From Candidatus Heimdallarchaeota archaeon (GTDB lineage Archaea > Asgardarchaeota > Heimdallarchaeia > JABLTI01): a stretch of 64,000 nucleotides of DNA. The position numbers were made by a program, and so were the translations under genes. Location: positions 134,492 through 198,491 of the forward strand of contig DXJV01000084.1 in assembly GCA_019056785.1 (NCBI GenBank), given 5' to 3'. Shown here piece after piece: positions 11,005-24,169 of this stretch (the stretch's first letter is position 1; each line of letters starts with the position of its first letter). The notes beneath the pieces were generated by a model. The model did not search any database. It saw only the letters and a program-made list of their open reading frames with translations, and was not told the DNA's origin.

Positions 11005-11346
11005 TTGCCAAAGAAAAACGACAAACTCCAAGAAACAGCACATGTAATGGCTGAACTCTATGAACTTCGAATTCCAGGCGAATTGATTGGCAAAGAAGTG
11101 ATAGACGCCTCTGCAAGGAAGATAGGCATCGTGCGAAATGTGAAATTGACTTTCCCGCCGGCCAAAATTAGTATCATCCTAAAAGGACTAGATATTGAGA
11201 TCCAACTTCCCATTGATTCAATTGCCACCATAGGTGGAGTAGTACAACTGAAAGAGACAATTAAACAAGCAGAAGAATTGGAAATCCGAGATGTAGCCCG
11301 GTTAAGAGATGAAATTGCAAAAGAAATTACAGCTTACTTAAGTTAA
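11005..11346 (+). CDS. PRC-barrel domain protein with C-terminal helix
   Basis: PRC-barrel pattern LIGKEVIDASARKIGIVRNV...LPIDSIATIGGVVQLK. GGAGG lies upstream of the TTG. Confidence 0.85.
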   Translation: MPKKNDKLQETAHVMAELYELRIPGELIGKEVIDASARKIGIVRNVKLTFPPAKISIILKGLDIEIQLPIDSIATIGGVVQLKETIKQAEELEIRDVARLRDEIAKEITAYLS

Positions 11347-11511
11347 AACTTTTTTTCCATTAGCAATTCTCTTGAAAAAGCCCAAAAAGGATTTTCCTTG
11401 AAAAAAACATCTAAAAAGGGTTTGGATTATTTATTAGTTATAGATACAAGAAAGTTGTCTTTCAGTAGGTCGGTTATAAGTTTAACTATCCTCATTGAGG
11501 AGGTAAAAAAA

Positions 11512-12810
11512 TTGACTAAAAATAATGAGAGAATGCTAAGAGAAGAACTTCGTGCAGCGGTAAATGAACGAGATTATTCTGTTGCTGTGGCAAAAGCCGA
11601 AGAGATGGCTCAATTCTTTGAAAGTAAAGGTGATAATACCAAAGCTATTGATTCATGGCGAGAAGTTGCAAGACTTTTTATTGAATGGGCAAATGATCAG
11701 CGTGAAAGCCGGACATATAAAAATTCGGCGAAATCGTTGGTTCATGCTGCGGACATTTTAAGCAAATTAGGAAATAACAGTGAAGCGGCACAAGCCATTG
11801 ACCTGGCAGCACAAGATTTGGTTTTTGCAGGCGACGAATATGTCGTTTGGAAGCAACCCGTGGGTGCAGGTGTTTGCTATTCTGCTTCAGCAGTATTGTT
11901 TATTCTCGTGTCTCAAGAAGATAAAGCCAATCAAGTAATCAATCAAGTACGAACTCGAGTGGATGCATTGCGCCATGATTCAACTGCAAGTAATTTAATC
12001 GAATTACCAGCTCAACTTCTCCAGGCGAAAAATAACTTAGATATTCGATTATTTAACAATGTTAAAACCATGATCTATGCAAGTTTAATCCCTGCAATGA
12101 CAAATAGCGGGCTTTCAGAGCTGGTTCCTTATATCGAACGAACTATTCTTGGTATAGAGGCGTTCATCAATTCCACCCAAAAGTATCCTGTGCTTGAATA
12201 TGAGATCAAGATGAAAGGCGAGGTGCAAGTCGATGAACCATTCGATATTGAGGTCCTCGTCAGAAATTCGGGAGAGGATACGGCTCATCAACTTGAACTT
12301 GAGATGGTACCGAAAGAGGAAATTACAATTGTCCGGGAATTCAGCAAACTAAAAGTCAAAGAACTTCCACCTGGCTCAGCAGTTGCTTTCACGTGGAGAT
12401 GCCTTGTTAAATCTGAGAACCTCCTTGAAGAGAATCAAACGATAAATACTTCTGGCCGCCTTAGTTTTTCAGATTCAAAAGGACTCAGACAAACAATCAC
12501 TATTAGTCCCATTGCCTTTACAACCATCAGTACTAAAGAACAAGAACAATTAGCAACCGAACTGAAATTAACCGAAGAAAAAATCAACAAATCTAAAGAG
12601 AAACTTTGTGAAGTGGGCGAAAAGGCAGGAAGGCAAGTTATCGAGAAAATCTTCGAAAGCATTAATCAGTTACTCAAGCAAACAAAAGGACTTCTTGATG
12701 CTGGTGCCATTCAAAACGCGAAGAATTGGAACAAATTGTTGCAACTCCAACTCGAATTGATCAACGACATTCCTAATCAGATTACCATAAAAGAAGAAGC
12801 CAAAGAGTAA
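11512..12810 (+). CDS. TPR/alpha-SNAP-like helical repeat + Ig-like domain + helical tail protein
   Basis: Ala-rich TPR-like helices and an Ig motif VRNSGEDTAHQLEL. TTG 11512 follows GAGGAGG. Confidence 0.65.
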   Translation: MTKNNERMLREELRAAVNERDYSVAVAKAEEMAQFFESKGDNTKAIDSWREVARLFIEWANDQRESRTYKNSAKSLVHAADILSKLGNNSEAAQAIDLAAQDLVFAGDEYVVWKQPVGAGVCYSASAVLFILVSQEDKANQVINQVRTRVDALRHDSTASNLIELPAQLLQAKNNLDIRLFNNVKTMIYASLIPAMTNSGLSELVPYIERTILGIEAFINSTQKYPVLEYEIKMKGEVQVDEPFDIEVLVRNSGEDTAHQLELEMVPKEEITIVREFSKLKVKELPPGSAVAFTWRCLVKSENLLEENQTINTSGRLSFSDSKGLRQTITISPIAFTTISTKEQEQLATELKLTEEKINKSKEKLCEVGEKAGRQVIEKIFESINQLLKQTKGLLDAGAIQNAKNWNKLLQLQLELINDIPNQITIKEEAKE

Positions 12811-12867
12811 AAAGAAGAACAACCTGTTGTCTTTATTACTAAAGTGTAAAAATGATACAACTGCCCC

Positions 12868-14286
12868 TTAAGGCATTGGAGAGTTAACCTTAATGCTCCA
12901 AGGGTATTTTTCTATGATTGATTTTACTATCGATTTAACTTTTCGTGCCTCATAGCTGTTTGCATAAAACAGAAAAACTCCCGTTCCACCTCGAATGCGT
13001 TTTAATTGTTGATAGACAGTCTTTGTTGTTCTAACCGAATCAAAAATAATTAATTGTTCGGCTTCCGGGAGATCAATATCTCTCTCACCAACAGGGGACA
13101 TAACAATTGCGGCTTGCCCGGGGTACTCTCGGAATTGTTGTAAAATGGCGTTTTTATCCAACACTTTCCCTGTTATCAAAAAAGCTTTAATGTTAACTCT
13201 TTGTAAATAAGCAACTATCGTTCTGGCAGTTTTAAGATAGGAACAAAGAACAACAATTTTTTTGGTTTTCTTGGCGAGTTCAACTACTTTGAGAATTTTT
13301 TGAGGGGTGGTGGGGAGCATACTAGAATCAATTGGGAGAGGGGGATGCAAGAATTTCTTCAATTGAGAAGGGACCATTGAAAAAAGATACTTGCGAATAA
13401 GAGCTAAGGTTTGAGCTTTACTACGCAACTCCAGAGAAACCGGTGCCTGCAAAAGCGCCTGGGGGCCGATCTCCGACAGTTGTGCCAAATAGTCAGGAGC
13501 TTCAACTTTCAATGCTTCTTTAATTTCTCGATAAGCTTCTTTTAATTCATCAGTGATAATATTGGAAAGATTTGAGATTGTAGGGTCTTCAACCCCAACA
13601 AGCTCAATGGATGTTACTTTCGTGAATTTTCTAATGTCTGTTCCTGCTAAGGAATCCATATAAATTAATTCAGAATTGGGGAGATAATGCAACAGAGTAT
13701 TCAACTCTTTCCGGATTTCCAGTTGCTCATTATCTAAAACATAATGCGAATCACGAAGCGTACCAGACATACCAATAATTAATGAAGAAGTAAATAACTC
13801 GAGTAAAGTTGACCATGGATAGACTAACACACGTCGTGAACCCATACGCCGGACGATTTTGTCTATTTCATTAATTATTACGATATCAAACGTACGGGCA
13901 ATCTCGGGATTTTTGGTGAGAATATTAGCCAGTTTTTGAGGTGTACAAAGCACAACACGGGACTCTGTAAGAATTTTCCGAGCAAAGGAACCACTAATAC
14001 CCGGACCAAGCCAATTAAACCCATTTACTCCGCCATATTCGTGCTGAAGAAAGGCACTCGTTTCATGAAGGGAAGAAGAGGAGAGAACAATCAACAAAAT
14101 ACGTTTATCAGGAAAGAGCCGTGTGAGAAGCTCGTAAGTTATGACTCGCTTACCCATACCACAATCCAACTCAAGGATAATGCTTCTCCTTTTTTGAGTG
14201 TGCAATTGAATCAAGTCTAAGATCAGTTGTTGATATCCTCGCGGGGTTATTGTACGGTTATAGTCAGCCACTGGAAGAGTCCTCAA
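12868..14286 (-). CDS. Hef/ERCC4-like SF2 helicase homolog with degenerate motifs
   Basis: PRGYQ, LDCGMGKR, CTPQ, IINEID, GMSGT, VGERDIDLP and QQLKRIRG occur in SF2 motif order. Confidence 0.75.
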   Translation of the reverse strand: MRTLPVADYNRTITPRGYQQLILDLIQLHTQKRRSIILELDCGMGKRVITYELLTRLFPDKRILLIVLSSSSLHETSAFLQHEYGGVNGFNWLGPGISGSFARKILTESRVVLCTPQKLANILTKNPEIARTFDIVIINEIDKIVRRMGSRRVLVYPWSTLLELFTSSLIIGMSGTLRDSHYVLDNEQLEIRKELNTLLHYLPNSELIYMDSLAGTDIRKFTKVTSIELVGVEDPTISNLSNIITDELKEAYREIKEALKVEAPDYLAQLSEIGPQALLQAPVSLELRSKAQTLALIRKYLFSMVPSQLKKFLHPPLPIDSSMLPTTPQKILKVVELAKKTKKIVVLCSYLKTARTIVAYLQRVNIKAFLITGKVLDKNAILQQFREYPGQAAIVMSPVGERDIDLPEAEQLIIFDSVRTTKTVYQQLKRIRGGTGVFLFYANSYEARKVKSIVKSIIEKYPWSIKVNSPMP

Positions 14287-14544
14287 TGATTCTCTTGCAC
14301 TTTTTTCTTAATAAAAGTATCAAGGGGCAAAAAGAACGCCCCTTTGATGGTAGCAAAGTGCGTGCTTGGTGCACGAAGTGAAGAACGATTAATTTTTTTG
14401 CCGAGGAGATGATTGCTGAGGTTAAACCCAAAAGCTAAACGTTCTTCATCTACCTTTACAATGGAGCTTTGTCTTAAAAAAAGAGAAACAAAAGAGTAGA
14501 CCGAAAGTATTTCGGCAAAAAAGAAGAGAAAAGAGAAGAACAAT

Positions 14545-14988
14545 TCATTGATCACTAAGAATAACATTCTCAATGTCAAAATGCCGTTTCGCCAGAAGGC
14601 GGGCGCGTTCGATGTTTCTGCCATCTTTTCCGATCGCTAACCCTCTTTGCCCTTGCTTAATTGTCACAAATGCAAGGTCGGGTTTATTTTTCCTCCGGAC
14701 GACAACGACTTTCTCAACGGTAGCAGGTACGAGGGCATTTTTTATGAATACCTCCGGGCTGTCATCGTCTTCGATAATTTCGATGTCTTTTGCCAATGCT
14801 GACTTCAATTTTTTAACATTGATTCCTTGTTTACCAATAGCTGTACCAATAGACCCTCGTTTAACTACAAAGATTATCCGATCCATTTTTCTATCGATAA
14901 TGCAGTCTTTCGGACTAACCTTTGTAATATTCACGAAGATATTCATTGTTTTTAGTTCATCGATAGAAAGCTTAATTCCACTTGACAG
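14545..14988 (-). CDS. nusA: Archaeal NusA (KH domains); likely CTG start at 14988
   Basis: Motifs AIGKQGINVK and AIGKDGRNIERA. The conserved N-terminus SSGIKLSIDE lies upstream of ATG 14946. Confidence 0.93.
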   Translation of the reverse strand: MSSGIKLSIDELKTMNIFVNITKVSPKDCIIDRKMDRIIFVVKRGSIGTAIGKQGINVKKLKSALAKDIEIIEDDDSPEVFIKNALVPATVEKVVVVRRKNKPDLAFVTIKQGQRGLAIGKDGRNIERARLLAKRHFDIENVILSDQ

Positions 14989-15027
14989 TTTTGTACACGA
15001 CCTGCTTCTTTCCTAATTGTTTTTCTC

Positions 15028-15336
15028 TTATTTTTTCTTTAACGAGCGGAGAATTTTACTGTCGCCCGGGTCATACACTGAGATTGCTGAAACAACATGA
15101 CCACGCCCACATAATGCCCCCAGATCATAGCCTGAGCCACTAAACTCGACGATAGGAATGTTGGCAAGCTTAGCATAATATTCAATCTGGCTTTTTTTCT
15201 CAGTAGGGCAATTTTTTGCGAGAATGATAAGTTGTGCTCTCCCAAGTTTAGTTGCTTTTATGGTTCTGTTAATCCCATAATCGCGTTTCCCGGTTCTAGC
15301 AATAATTTGAATTTCTCGGTTTAAATCGATTGACAT
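15028..15336 (-). CDS. rpl30e: 50S ribosomal protein L30e
   Basis: Motifs LIILAKNCP, IEYYAKLA, DLGALCGR and DPGDS, in the canonical position between rpoA2 and nusA. Confidence 0.97.
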   Translation of the reverse strand: MSIDLNREIQIIARTGKRDYGINRTIKATKLGRAQLIILAKNCPTEKKSQIEYYAKLANIPIVEFSGSGYDLGALCGRGHVVSAISVYDPGDSKILRSLKKK

Positions 15337-15428
15337 ATTACTTTACTCCAACAAAATGTTTTCTCAAAGTAATGATTAATACCTTTTAATTTGCAAGGGA
15401 ATTTAAAGTATTTCTTCGCATTGAAAAC

Positions 15429-19345
<3,917 letters not shown>

Positions 19346-19358
19346 TTTTCTAGTCTCC

Positions 19359-22300
19359 TTATGCTTGGTCCTTTAATTTTAATCTAGGAGCCATTCCCAG
19401 CGAAATGAGTTCTTGTAACAGTAATTTAAATGCATAACTCATAACTACTGGAGCAACATCTGCCTCGCCTTTACAAACAGGGCAGAAGTACTTGTCACGA
19501 TTGCGGTCATAGGTGGCAAGAACACCACATTTCCCACAAACGTTTATTGTCGTTTTATCAGATTCATCTAATAATCGTTCTTTTAGAAGCAAGGCAGCAC
19601 CATGGCCGACAAGACAATCACGTTCCATTTCACCAAAACGCAGACCACCTTCTCGAGCGCGTCCTTCTGTTGGTTGACGTGTGAGAATTTGTACAGGCCC
19701 ACGAGATCTGGCGTGGGTTTTGTCTTTAACAAGATGATGGAGCTTTTGGTAATAAGCTATACCCATAAAAATGTCGACGTCATATTTTCGGCCGGTAATA
19801 CCATTATACATTGCTTGTTTACCATAATAGTTCAAACCAAGTTCTTTCAAGCCCTTAACAAGCTCGTCAGAAGAAATGCCCTCGAAAGGTGTTGCATCAA
19901 CTGTGATTCCTTTCTTCGCGCCAAAAATAGCTGCCATTGTCTCGAGGATTTGACCAATAGTCATTCGAGAGGGGATAGCATGACAATTAACGATGATATC
20001 AGGAGTAATGCCTTCCGCTGTAAATGGCAAATCTTCTGGCGGGGCGATTAAACCAATAACCCCTTTCTGTCCATGTCGAGAGGCAAATTTATCACCAAGT
20101 TCAGGAATACGCATGTCCCGCATTTTGACTTTTACTAAACGATTGCCGTCGCTGGTTTCAGTCAGAATAACCGTATCAACAAATCCCTCTTCACTATGGC
20201 GCATGCTAATGCTTGTTTCATGACGAATGGGTGCGCGAACTTCGAATTCACTATACTCTTCAAGAAAACGAGGTGGAGAGGTTCGGCCAATAATCACTTC
20301 ATCGCCTTTAATTTGGCTCTCTGGCTCGACAATGCCATCAGCACTAAGGTGCACATAGGCTTCCGGTGGGCGGAATCCACGAACATCTTTGTCAATGCGT
20401 TCAAACTTGTCTTCTTGCCCCGCAGGATAGCGACGCTCTTCAGCCTCATATCGCCTAAAGAATGCTGAACGAGCAAGGCCACGTTCAATGGAATGTTTGT
20501 TAAAGATGATGGCGTCTTCCATGTTATATCCTTCATAACTCAGAAGAGCAATAACCATATTTTGTCCTGCCGGTCGCTTATCAAAATTAATAATATCCAT
20601 TCCATGTGTTTTTACAAGTGGTTTTTGGGGATAAAAGAGAATATGAGAGCGTGTATCAACACGTAACCGATAATTTGCAGCATACATTCCTAATGCTTGT
20701 TTAGCCATTGCAGACTCGTAAGTATTACGGGGGGATTGGTTGTGCTCTGCAAAAGGAATTAAGGAGGCGCAAATGCCAAGAATTGAACTTGGAGCAATCT
20801 CTAAATGGGTGTAGGAACTATCTTTCTCAAGGTCCTCGGGTTCCATGGCGATATAGGAACTCTCTTCTTCTTCTGCATCGAGATATTCAACAAAACCACG
20901 CTTTATCAAATCATTCCAAGTCCAAGCGCCATTCTTCAACTTCTCGACATGTTTTTGCTCGAGTTTTAACTTGCCTTTTTCGACAATTAAAAGGGGGCGC
21001 CGTACTCGGCCGTGATCACAATTGATCTGAATTTCTTCAACGTCTTCATAAAAGTTAACATTGACTTCAGGACTAATAAGCCCTTTTCGTCTTGCCTTTT
21101 TAATACTTGCAACGAAATTTTTGGGATCGGGATGAGAGCCTAACAGGCGGCCGTTCAAGAAAACCTTGCATGCATCTGTAGACTTCATGTTTTTTAATTC
21201 ATTCAAATTCAAAGAATAAAGAAAGTCTTCAATCTCCTTTTCATCAGTCCCCACACTAATGTAAGCTTCTAAAGCAAGGTTTTTCACCAAGCCACAGTTC
21301 GGGCCTTCGGGCGTCTCGCTTGGGCAAATCTTACCAAAATGAGTAGGATGAAGGTCACGAGCCTCAAAATGGGGTTGTGTCCTACTTAAGGGGCTAACAA
21401 CACGCCGCAAGTGGCTCAAAGTGGAAATGTAATTGGTTCTATCGAGCAATTGGCTTACACCGGCTTTTCCACCAACCCAATTGCCAGTAGCTAAAGCGTG
21501 GCGCAACCGCTCGGTAATTACATCAGCACGAACTGCTGTTTTAATATTAGGGGTTCGCCCACGAATGGCTGTTCGTTCCAATTGATATTTAATGTCGCGG
21601 CAAAGGCTCATAAATGCAACACGAAAGAGGGAAATAAGTGACTCACCAGAGAGTTTCAAACGTTTATTCGCATAATGATCTTTATCGTCTTCTTGTCTCT
21701 TGCCCAATTCAAGTTCAAGCAATCTTTGAGCCATCTGGCCCAAAAAGTAGGCTTTCCCAATACGGTCTTCTTCTGTCGTTCCAATGTGTCGCAAGAGGTA
21801 GCGGTCCAAAATTTCACGCGCACGCTTTATACGGTAATCTATTGTTTGCCCCACAGCGACACGTTTTCCAATAAAATCAAGAGCTTTTTCCTCATCCGTA
21901 ATTTCGGAAGCTTCATCAAGAGAGGGAATGAGCTCTTTTCGGACCTCCGGATCATCAGAAACGGCTTCCACAATAGCTTTATCGGAAGAAAGGCCAAGAG
22001 CTTTTAACAAAACAGCAAAAGGAATTTTACGAGGAACAGACGGGAAACTGACACTCAAGCTACCATCACGGGAGCGCTCCATCGTCACAGGAGCACGCAC
22101 ACCTTGGGCCGTACTAAATACCTTTGCCATACTGGTTGTGCTTCCGGTCTTGTGTTCAATTAAAATACGGTTTGGCGCCAAATCTTCTTGGGTGACAAGC
22201 ACACGTTCACTACCATTAATAATAAAATAACCACCAGGGTCGTTGGGGTCTTCACCTGCTTTAATCAGTTCTTCATCGGTCATGCGACTTAAGGGGCAGA

Positions 22301-22700
22301 CTTTCGATTTGAGCATGATGGGCATTCGACCAATAAACACAGGCGAAGTTTCTCGAGGAATCTCATTCCCTGCCTCATCAACTCGAACAGGGGTTAACTC
22401 GAGATATAAGGGAGCAGTATAGGTCAAATTCCTTATTCGGGCTTCGCTTGGATAAATATTATTAAGGGAACCATCCGCTTCACGGACATTTGGGGACTCC
22501 ATATAAATCTTGTTTATCTTGACATAGTAATTTGGGATCTCCGGCTTAATGCTGCCAATCTCTTGGACAACCTTTTGCATGCCATTTTGGATAAATTCAT
22601 TATAACTGTCAAGATGTTGACGAACAAGCCCCAGTTCCTTTACCATAGATTCTATAAGAATCCATCTATCTTCTATAGACAATTTATAAGTTTCAGACAT
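19359..22700 (-). CDS. rpoB: RNA polymerase subunit B (unsplit)
   Basis: Motifs GDKFASRHGQKG, ETPEGPNCGL and GGLRFGEMERD in a single 1113-aa ORF. Confidence 0.99.
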   Translation of the reverse strand: MSETYKLSIEDRWILIESMVKELGLVRQHLDSYNEFIQNGMQKVVQEIGSIKPEIPNYYVKINKIYMESPNVREADGSLNNIYPSEARIRNLTYTAPLYLELTPVRVDEAGNEIPRETSPVFIGRMPIMLKSKVCPLSRMTDEELIKAGEDPNDPGGYFIINGSERVLVTQEDLAPNRILIEHKTGSTTSMAKVFSTAQGVRAPVTMERSRDGSLSVSFPSVPRKIPFAVLLKALGLSSDKAIVEAVSDDPEVRKELIPSLDEASEITDEEKALDFIGKRVAVGQTIDYRIKRAREILDRYLLRHIGTTEEDRIGKAYFLGQMAQRLLELELGKRQEDDKDHYANKRLKLSGESLISLFRVAFMSLCRDIKYQLERTAIRGRTPNIKTAVRADVITERLRHALATGNWVGGKAGVSQLLDRTNYISTLSHLRRVVSPLSRTQPHFEARDLHPTHFGKICPSETPEGPNCGLVKNLALEAYISVGTDEKEIEDFLYSLNLNELKNMKSTDACKVFLNGRLLGSHPDPKNFVASIKKARRKGLISPEVNVNFYEDVEEIQINCDHGRVRRPLLIVEKGKLKLEQKHVEKLKNGAWTWNDLIKRGFVEYLDAEEEESSYIAMEPEDLEKDSSYTHLEIAPSSILGICASLIPFAEHNQSPRNTYESAMAKQALGMYAANYRLRVDTRSHILFYPQKPLVKTHGMDIINFDKRPAGQNMVIALLSYEGYNMEDAIIFNKHSIERGLARSAFFRRYEAEERRYPAGQEDKFERIDKDVRGFRPPEAYVHLSADGIVEPESQIKGDEVIIGRTSPPRFLEEYSEFEVRAPIRHETSISMRHSEEGFVDTVILTETSDGNRLVKVKMRDMRIPELGDKFASRHGQKGVIGLIAPPEDLPFTAEGITPDIIVNCHAIPSRMTIGQILETMAAIFGAKKGITVDATPFEGISSDELVKGLKELGLNYYGKQAMYNGITGRKYDVDIFMGIAYYQKLHHLVKDKTHARSRGPVQILTRQPTEGRAREGGLRFGEMERDCLVGHGAALLLKERLLDESDKTTINVCGKCGVLATYDRNRDKYFCPVCKGEADVAPVVMSYAFKLLLQELISLGMAPRLKLKDQA

Positions 22701-23193
22701 TCAATGATAGCCTCACTAACACAGACTTCTAGGACAATTTTTCCTTGCCAAAAAGCTAATGATCATATTTTTATTCCAGCTGGAAGAGCACACACTCTTT
22801 TCGTATATCTTCATTTTTTAAATCTTACTACTAGGAAAGGTTTTGCTCAGCGAATATTTAACCGAAACTATTATCCAGATATTTATCATCGTACAGCTTG
22901 TGGGATGATTCGTGACGGACAAAGGAGACGGAAAGTGAGCTCCTTACAAGTAAACAGCGAATAAAGGATTGCGTTTTTAAGGCACCACTATTGTTTTGAG
23001 CAGCTAGTCTTTTTCTTTCCCGGAGGGCTTTTTGACAGAGGATTGCTTTATCTTCTTTTTAATCATTTAAGCGAAAACCTATTGAATAATTTTTCGATGC
23101 CTTTGAAGTAAATAACGGGGATTTTTAATGGTGAAATATGGAACAGATTAATGGAAAAAACGCCCTCGGTAAAACAATAAAGGAAGCTAAGGA

Positions 23194-24150
23194 ATGCAAA
23201 GAAGTCAAGAAGTAGAGCAGCAAGTAGAAAAAGTATTAATCACCGGCTTGGACAATGCCGGAAAGAGCTCTATAGTGGACATTCTGAATTACTTGCCAAC
23301 AGAAGCAGTTTTGCGAAGAACGCCAAGTCAAGAATTAGAGATTTTTAACAAATCCTTTATGAAAAAAGAATTCGTTTTTTTTATCCCACCTGGACAGGAG
23401 ACTTTACGGCAAACAGAATTACACGGAACAATGAAAGGGGAATACTTTAGTAACGTTTCAACCTTTGTATTCGTCGTTGATGCAGCAGATAAATTGCGAG
23501 TACAAGAAGTTAGGCAAGAACTAAAATGTTCCTTGGAGGATCTTTTGGCGTTTTCTCCCGACTGTAAACAATTCTTAATCTTTGCCCACAAACAAGATTT
23601 AGAGGGAGCATTAACAAGTTTCGAGCTCGCCGAAAAAATAGTAGAACCACTCCAACAGCAATTTCCTTGCTTGAAAAACAAATTCAAGCTTTTTGAAACA
23701 ACAATCATTAATCCTGAGACAATTTATGAACCATTCTTAAAAGCAATCGCAAAACATGTTGGGCTTAATCGAATCGATTTCGACCAATTAGCAGAATGGA
23801 TACGAGAGCAAGTAAAAGCAAAAATTGTCTTGATAACAGACGCTGAGGGATTACTGGTGGGAGAAGCACAAAAAGGGCAAGAAGACACCATCATTTATTC
23901 AGCATACATTGCGAAGATCTTTTCAGCGACAGATGAATATCAAAGTGACATTTTCAGAGAAGGAATAAAAATAGCCATTCTCGAAGAGGAAAAGAAAGAA
24001 AACTACAGTATAGTCTCGAGAGTCAATTGTTCAAAAAAGGATTACCTAGCCCTTTTTATCGGCAATCCAAAAGTAAACCTAGGATTAGCAAGATTAATCA
24101 CCAAAAAAGGATTGGAAAGATTAGAGGTGGCATATCAACGGTACCGATAA
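23194..24150 (+). CDS. Rag/Gtr-like small GTPase fused to C-terminal roadblock domain
   Basis: G1 GLDNAGKS, G3-like IPPGQ, G4 HKQD and G5 ETTI. C-terminal roadblock pattern IVLITDAEGLLVG...YSAYIAKIFSA. Confidence 0.8.
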   Translation: MQRSQEVEQQVEKVLITGLDNAGKSSIVDILNYLPTEAVLRRTPSQELEIFNKSFMKKEFVFFIPPGQETLRQTELHGTMKGEYFSNVSTFVFVVDAADKLRVQEVRQELKCSLEDLLAFSPDCKQFLIFAHKQDLEGALTSFELAEKIVEPLQQQFPCLKNKFKLFETTIINPETIYEPFLKAIAKHVGLNRIDFDQLAEWIREQVKAKIVLITDAEGLLVGEAQKGQEDTIIYSAYIAKIFSATDEYQSDIFREGIKIAILEEEKKENYSIVSRVNCSKKDYLALFIGNPKVNLGLARLITKKGLERLEVAYQRYR

Positions 24151-24169
24151 TAGAAAGGAGATAGAAAAA

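Noticed and set aside
14283-14624. 113-aa ORF between nusA and the helicase
   Set aside because: It overlaps the nusA 3' end in another frame and runs through its U-rich terminator region; no recognisable motif.
22563-22964. ORF upstream of rpoB as rpoH
   Set aside because: Wrong strand, overlaps rpoB and has no RpoH motifs.
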